Virus record (IMG/VR): IMGVR_UViG_3300008108_005860
Length of the DNA: 37,875 nt
Origin: an uncultured virus (IMG/VR IMGVR_UViG_3300008108_005860)
Taxonomy: Duplodnaviria; Heunggongvirae; Uroviricota; Caudoviricetes
Strand: one strand, 5' to 3'
Made by a program: the position numbers and the translations under genes. Numbering within the stretch: position 1 is the first letter of the stretch; each line of letters starts with the position of its first letter. The notes under the pieces were generated by a model. It did no database searches. It was not told where the DNA came from and saw only the letters and a program-made list of their open reading frames with translations. Shown here piece by piece: positions 36,601 through 37,875 of this stretch.

Positions 36601-37820
36601 GGGCTACTTCGGGTTCAGTTGATCCTGTTAATGATCCCATTCCTACTATCAAAAGTTTATTGACCAGTGATTACTTGGACTTGGATGCTCCCGATCCTGA
36701 TCTATATCCTGAAGGTATTTTGCTTTGGAATATGCGTCGTTCGGGCTTTAATGTTAAGGCCTTTACCACCAACTACTTTACAGCACAGAAATATCCCGAT
36801 GATACTTTGCCCACGTATTCGTATACCTGGGTCACAGCATCTGGTCTGCGTGACAACGGCGCTATGTATGCTGGCCGCAAAGCACAGCGTGCATTGATTG
36901 TACAGGCTCTACGTGCTGCTATTGATGTCAGTTCTGAGGCACGCGAAGATGCACGTATATTCAACTTGTTGGCCTGCCCGCAGTATCCAGAGTTGATCCA
37001 GAACTTGGTAGTACTCAACAACGACCGCAGCAACACAGCATTCATCATTGGTGACACACCAATGAGACTGCCTGCATTGAGTCAGCCGTTGCAGGCCTAT
37101 GCCACCAACGATTTGGCTGGTGCGCAGGTGTTGCCTGAAGATTATGTAACCACAGGTGATCCTTATGTGGCCACATACTATCCTTCGTGTCAGACCAACA
37201 ACACCAATGGTGCCACAGTGGTACAACCGCCCAGCCACATGATGCTGCGCACGTATGTTCGTTCAGACGAAGCCAGCTATCCATGGTTTGCTCCGGCAGG
37301 TACACGTCGTGGTGTGATAGACAATGCTGCACGCATTGGTTACATCAACGGTCAGACTGGCGAGTTTACACAAACCAATATGGGCCGCGACCTGCGTGAC
37401 ATCTTGTATGAAAACGCCATCAATCCTATCACGTTTATTCCTGGCACAGGCATCACTGCTTATGGTCAGAAGACACGTTACAATGTGGGATCTGCATTGA
37501 ATCGTGTGAACGTGGCACGCTTGATTGTTTATCTGCGTACACAGTTGGCCACAGCAGTACAACCATACTTGTTTGAGCCCAATGATGCGTTTACACGCAG
37601 CCAGGTCTTGGCCACAGTGACGACGCTGTTGAATGATTTGGTAGCCAAACGTGGTCTCTATGATTACTTGGCAGTGTGCGATGAATCAAACAACACACCT
37701 GAGCGTGTGGATCGCAATGAACTGTATGTTGATGTTGCTGTTGAACCAGTTAAAACAGTTGAATTTATCTACATACCGATCCGTGTCAAGAACACAGGGG
37801 AGATCTCGGCAGGAGCATAA
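33657..37820 (+). CDS. gp18: Contractile tail sheath protein with large insertions (1387 aa)
   Basis: LISPGVEVTVIDES start; YPWFAPAGTRRG, LYENAINPI, YGQKT, ALNRVNVARL, FEPND, CDESNNTP, EFIYIP. Confidence 0.95.
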   Translation: MALISPGVEVTVIDESQYLPAAAGTVPFILFASAQNKISGTGTGVAAGTLAVNAGKVYLITSQRDMATTFGNPFFYTTTAGTPINGYELNEYGLLAAYSVLGVSNRAFMMRANIDLAALAASLSRPLGDPAPNTYWLDTDASTFGVFEWNSTGGGGSGNLILKTPTVITDPDQTTGPNVAPLQSVGMIGDYAIVATNTDLPLYYKAGNTIPSTDNNYNQWVQVGSSSWQNVWPTVQSAAVTTGVQGYLTLNGTTINSGIDTDLLDVAYGGGGNTYVAVGATVNSSTNEIYYAPAANVSGTWSVANTAGFSYTSNSFTAVGDSGTIYTTANLLAGFTAAGANANVSTQLLGVASLANASAQFAVGASGRMLYTGDAWSTLSNVSNASLTTNTLNAVAYNGGTTIVVGAGGTVLRNASDAASNVSAWTAVTASAIASTKNLVDVTYTNGQFVAIAASGEVYVSTDGSTWTAGTASGLTSIAAIAGGYNASTAVIVGADGGVVVGNPNALWTTNPQGATLSTLATSINAASITGITAGVVNNRLNIYGGYTAQPSGGAYGTIVLGGDSSMLSLLGINAGTYNVPVTQAGPHTNPPRWTSTLTTQRPSGSIWNKTTAVNNGTLLTVSKWSTTLLQFVQQACPLYISDAAVNNALDPSGGGKNIAAGATYAQIHPMTDTNVFAVNTTTNTVTNGLIGMQLFQRYASGPTNAQGVTANPTFTSSTDKTFYISASVKGSSAYATPVQRTVGGTYSAADFVTAVLSANLDGVTAEVNAQGYIILSHAYGGSILLQNGSSSSTIVSLAGFVPNDGVATTVTVNAKTNTYFGSTGLGGNGSVVELSNWVDGSTWELGTEVYYQPTAPDRLPDNGTYWYYSAADQVDIMIKDGGQWKGYYNVTADIRGYNLSTGLNTDGPIISPTEPTTITVNGSEIQLTSQVGQLWIDTSDLDNYPIVKRWQEIAPGDYQWVLIDNADQTGQNGILFADARWATSGSVDPVNDPIPTIKSLLTSDYLDLDAPDPDLYPEGILLWNMRRSGFNVKAFTTNYFTAQKYPDDTLPTYSYTWVTASGLRDNGAMYAGRKAQRALIVQALRAAIDVSSEAREDARIFNLLACPQYPELIQNLVVLNNDRSNTAFIIGDTPMRLPALSQPLQAYATNDLAGAQVLPEDYVTTGDPYVATYYPSCQTNNTNGATVVQPPSHMMLRTYVRSDEASYPWFAPAGTRRGVIDNAARIGYINGQTGEFTQTNMGRDLRDILYENAINPITFIPGTGITAYGQKTRYNVGSALNRVNVARLIVYLRTQLATAVQPYLFEPNDAFTRSQVLATVTTLLNDLVAKRGLYDYLAVCDESNNTPERVDRNELYVDVAVEPVKTVEFIYIPIRVKNTGEISAGA

Positions 37821-37842
37821 AATAAGGGGCGACCCTTATTTT
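37819..37842. terminator. Terminator-like hairpin
   Basis: AAAATAAGGG-GCGA-CCCTTATTTT. Confidence 0.75.
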
Positions 37843-37858
37843 AGCTTCCAGACCCAGG

Positions 37859-37866
37859 GCTAAATA
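37859..37866 (+). promoter_or_regulatory. Late promoter GCTAAATA for the next gene (tail tube expected by synteny)
   Basis: Motif after the sheath terminator; the gene itself is outside the window. Confidence 0.65.
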
Positions 37867-37875
37867 ACAGTAACA

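Noticed and set aside
1..37875. Stop-codon reassignment
   Set aside because: Conserved genes are full length in code 11, and TAG, TGA and TAA all terminate genes (for example TAG at 14609 and 23347).

Overview
A 37.9 kb segment of a large T4-like myovirus genome using the standard genetic code (TAG is used as a stop). It holds the late sigma factor gp55, the gp47/gp46 recombination nuclease, a Holliday-junction resolvase, baseplate hub/tail chaperone genes, a tape-measure protein with an M15-type peptidase domain, and the head module (portal, core proteins, protease, scaffold, major capsid). It also holds a fibre/adhesin cluster with a 2OG-Fe(II) oxygenase, Nudix, neck and tail-completion genes (gp15, gp14, gp13), dNMP kinase, an HNH protein and a very large tail sheath. 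A baseplate gene of more than 860 codons runs off the left edge and is absent from the ORF track. Main signals: (1) a roughly 540-nt intergenic region (6917-7453) packed with stems and long-range loop pairings, read as a candidate large pseudoknotted ncRNA followed by an AT-rich tract and GNA-loop hairpins; (2) a candidate -1 programmed frameshift fusing the two hub/chaperone ORFs; (3) TAA(A/G/C/T)TA late promoters that either give leaderless mRNAs or sit inside RBS-sequestering hairpins; (4) adhesion-type domains grafted onto core virion proteins, a cysteine-poor SUEL-type lectin, and a 13-codon scar of a deleted gene. All product calls come from motif recognition and synteny; no searches or folding programs were run.
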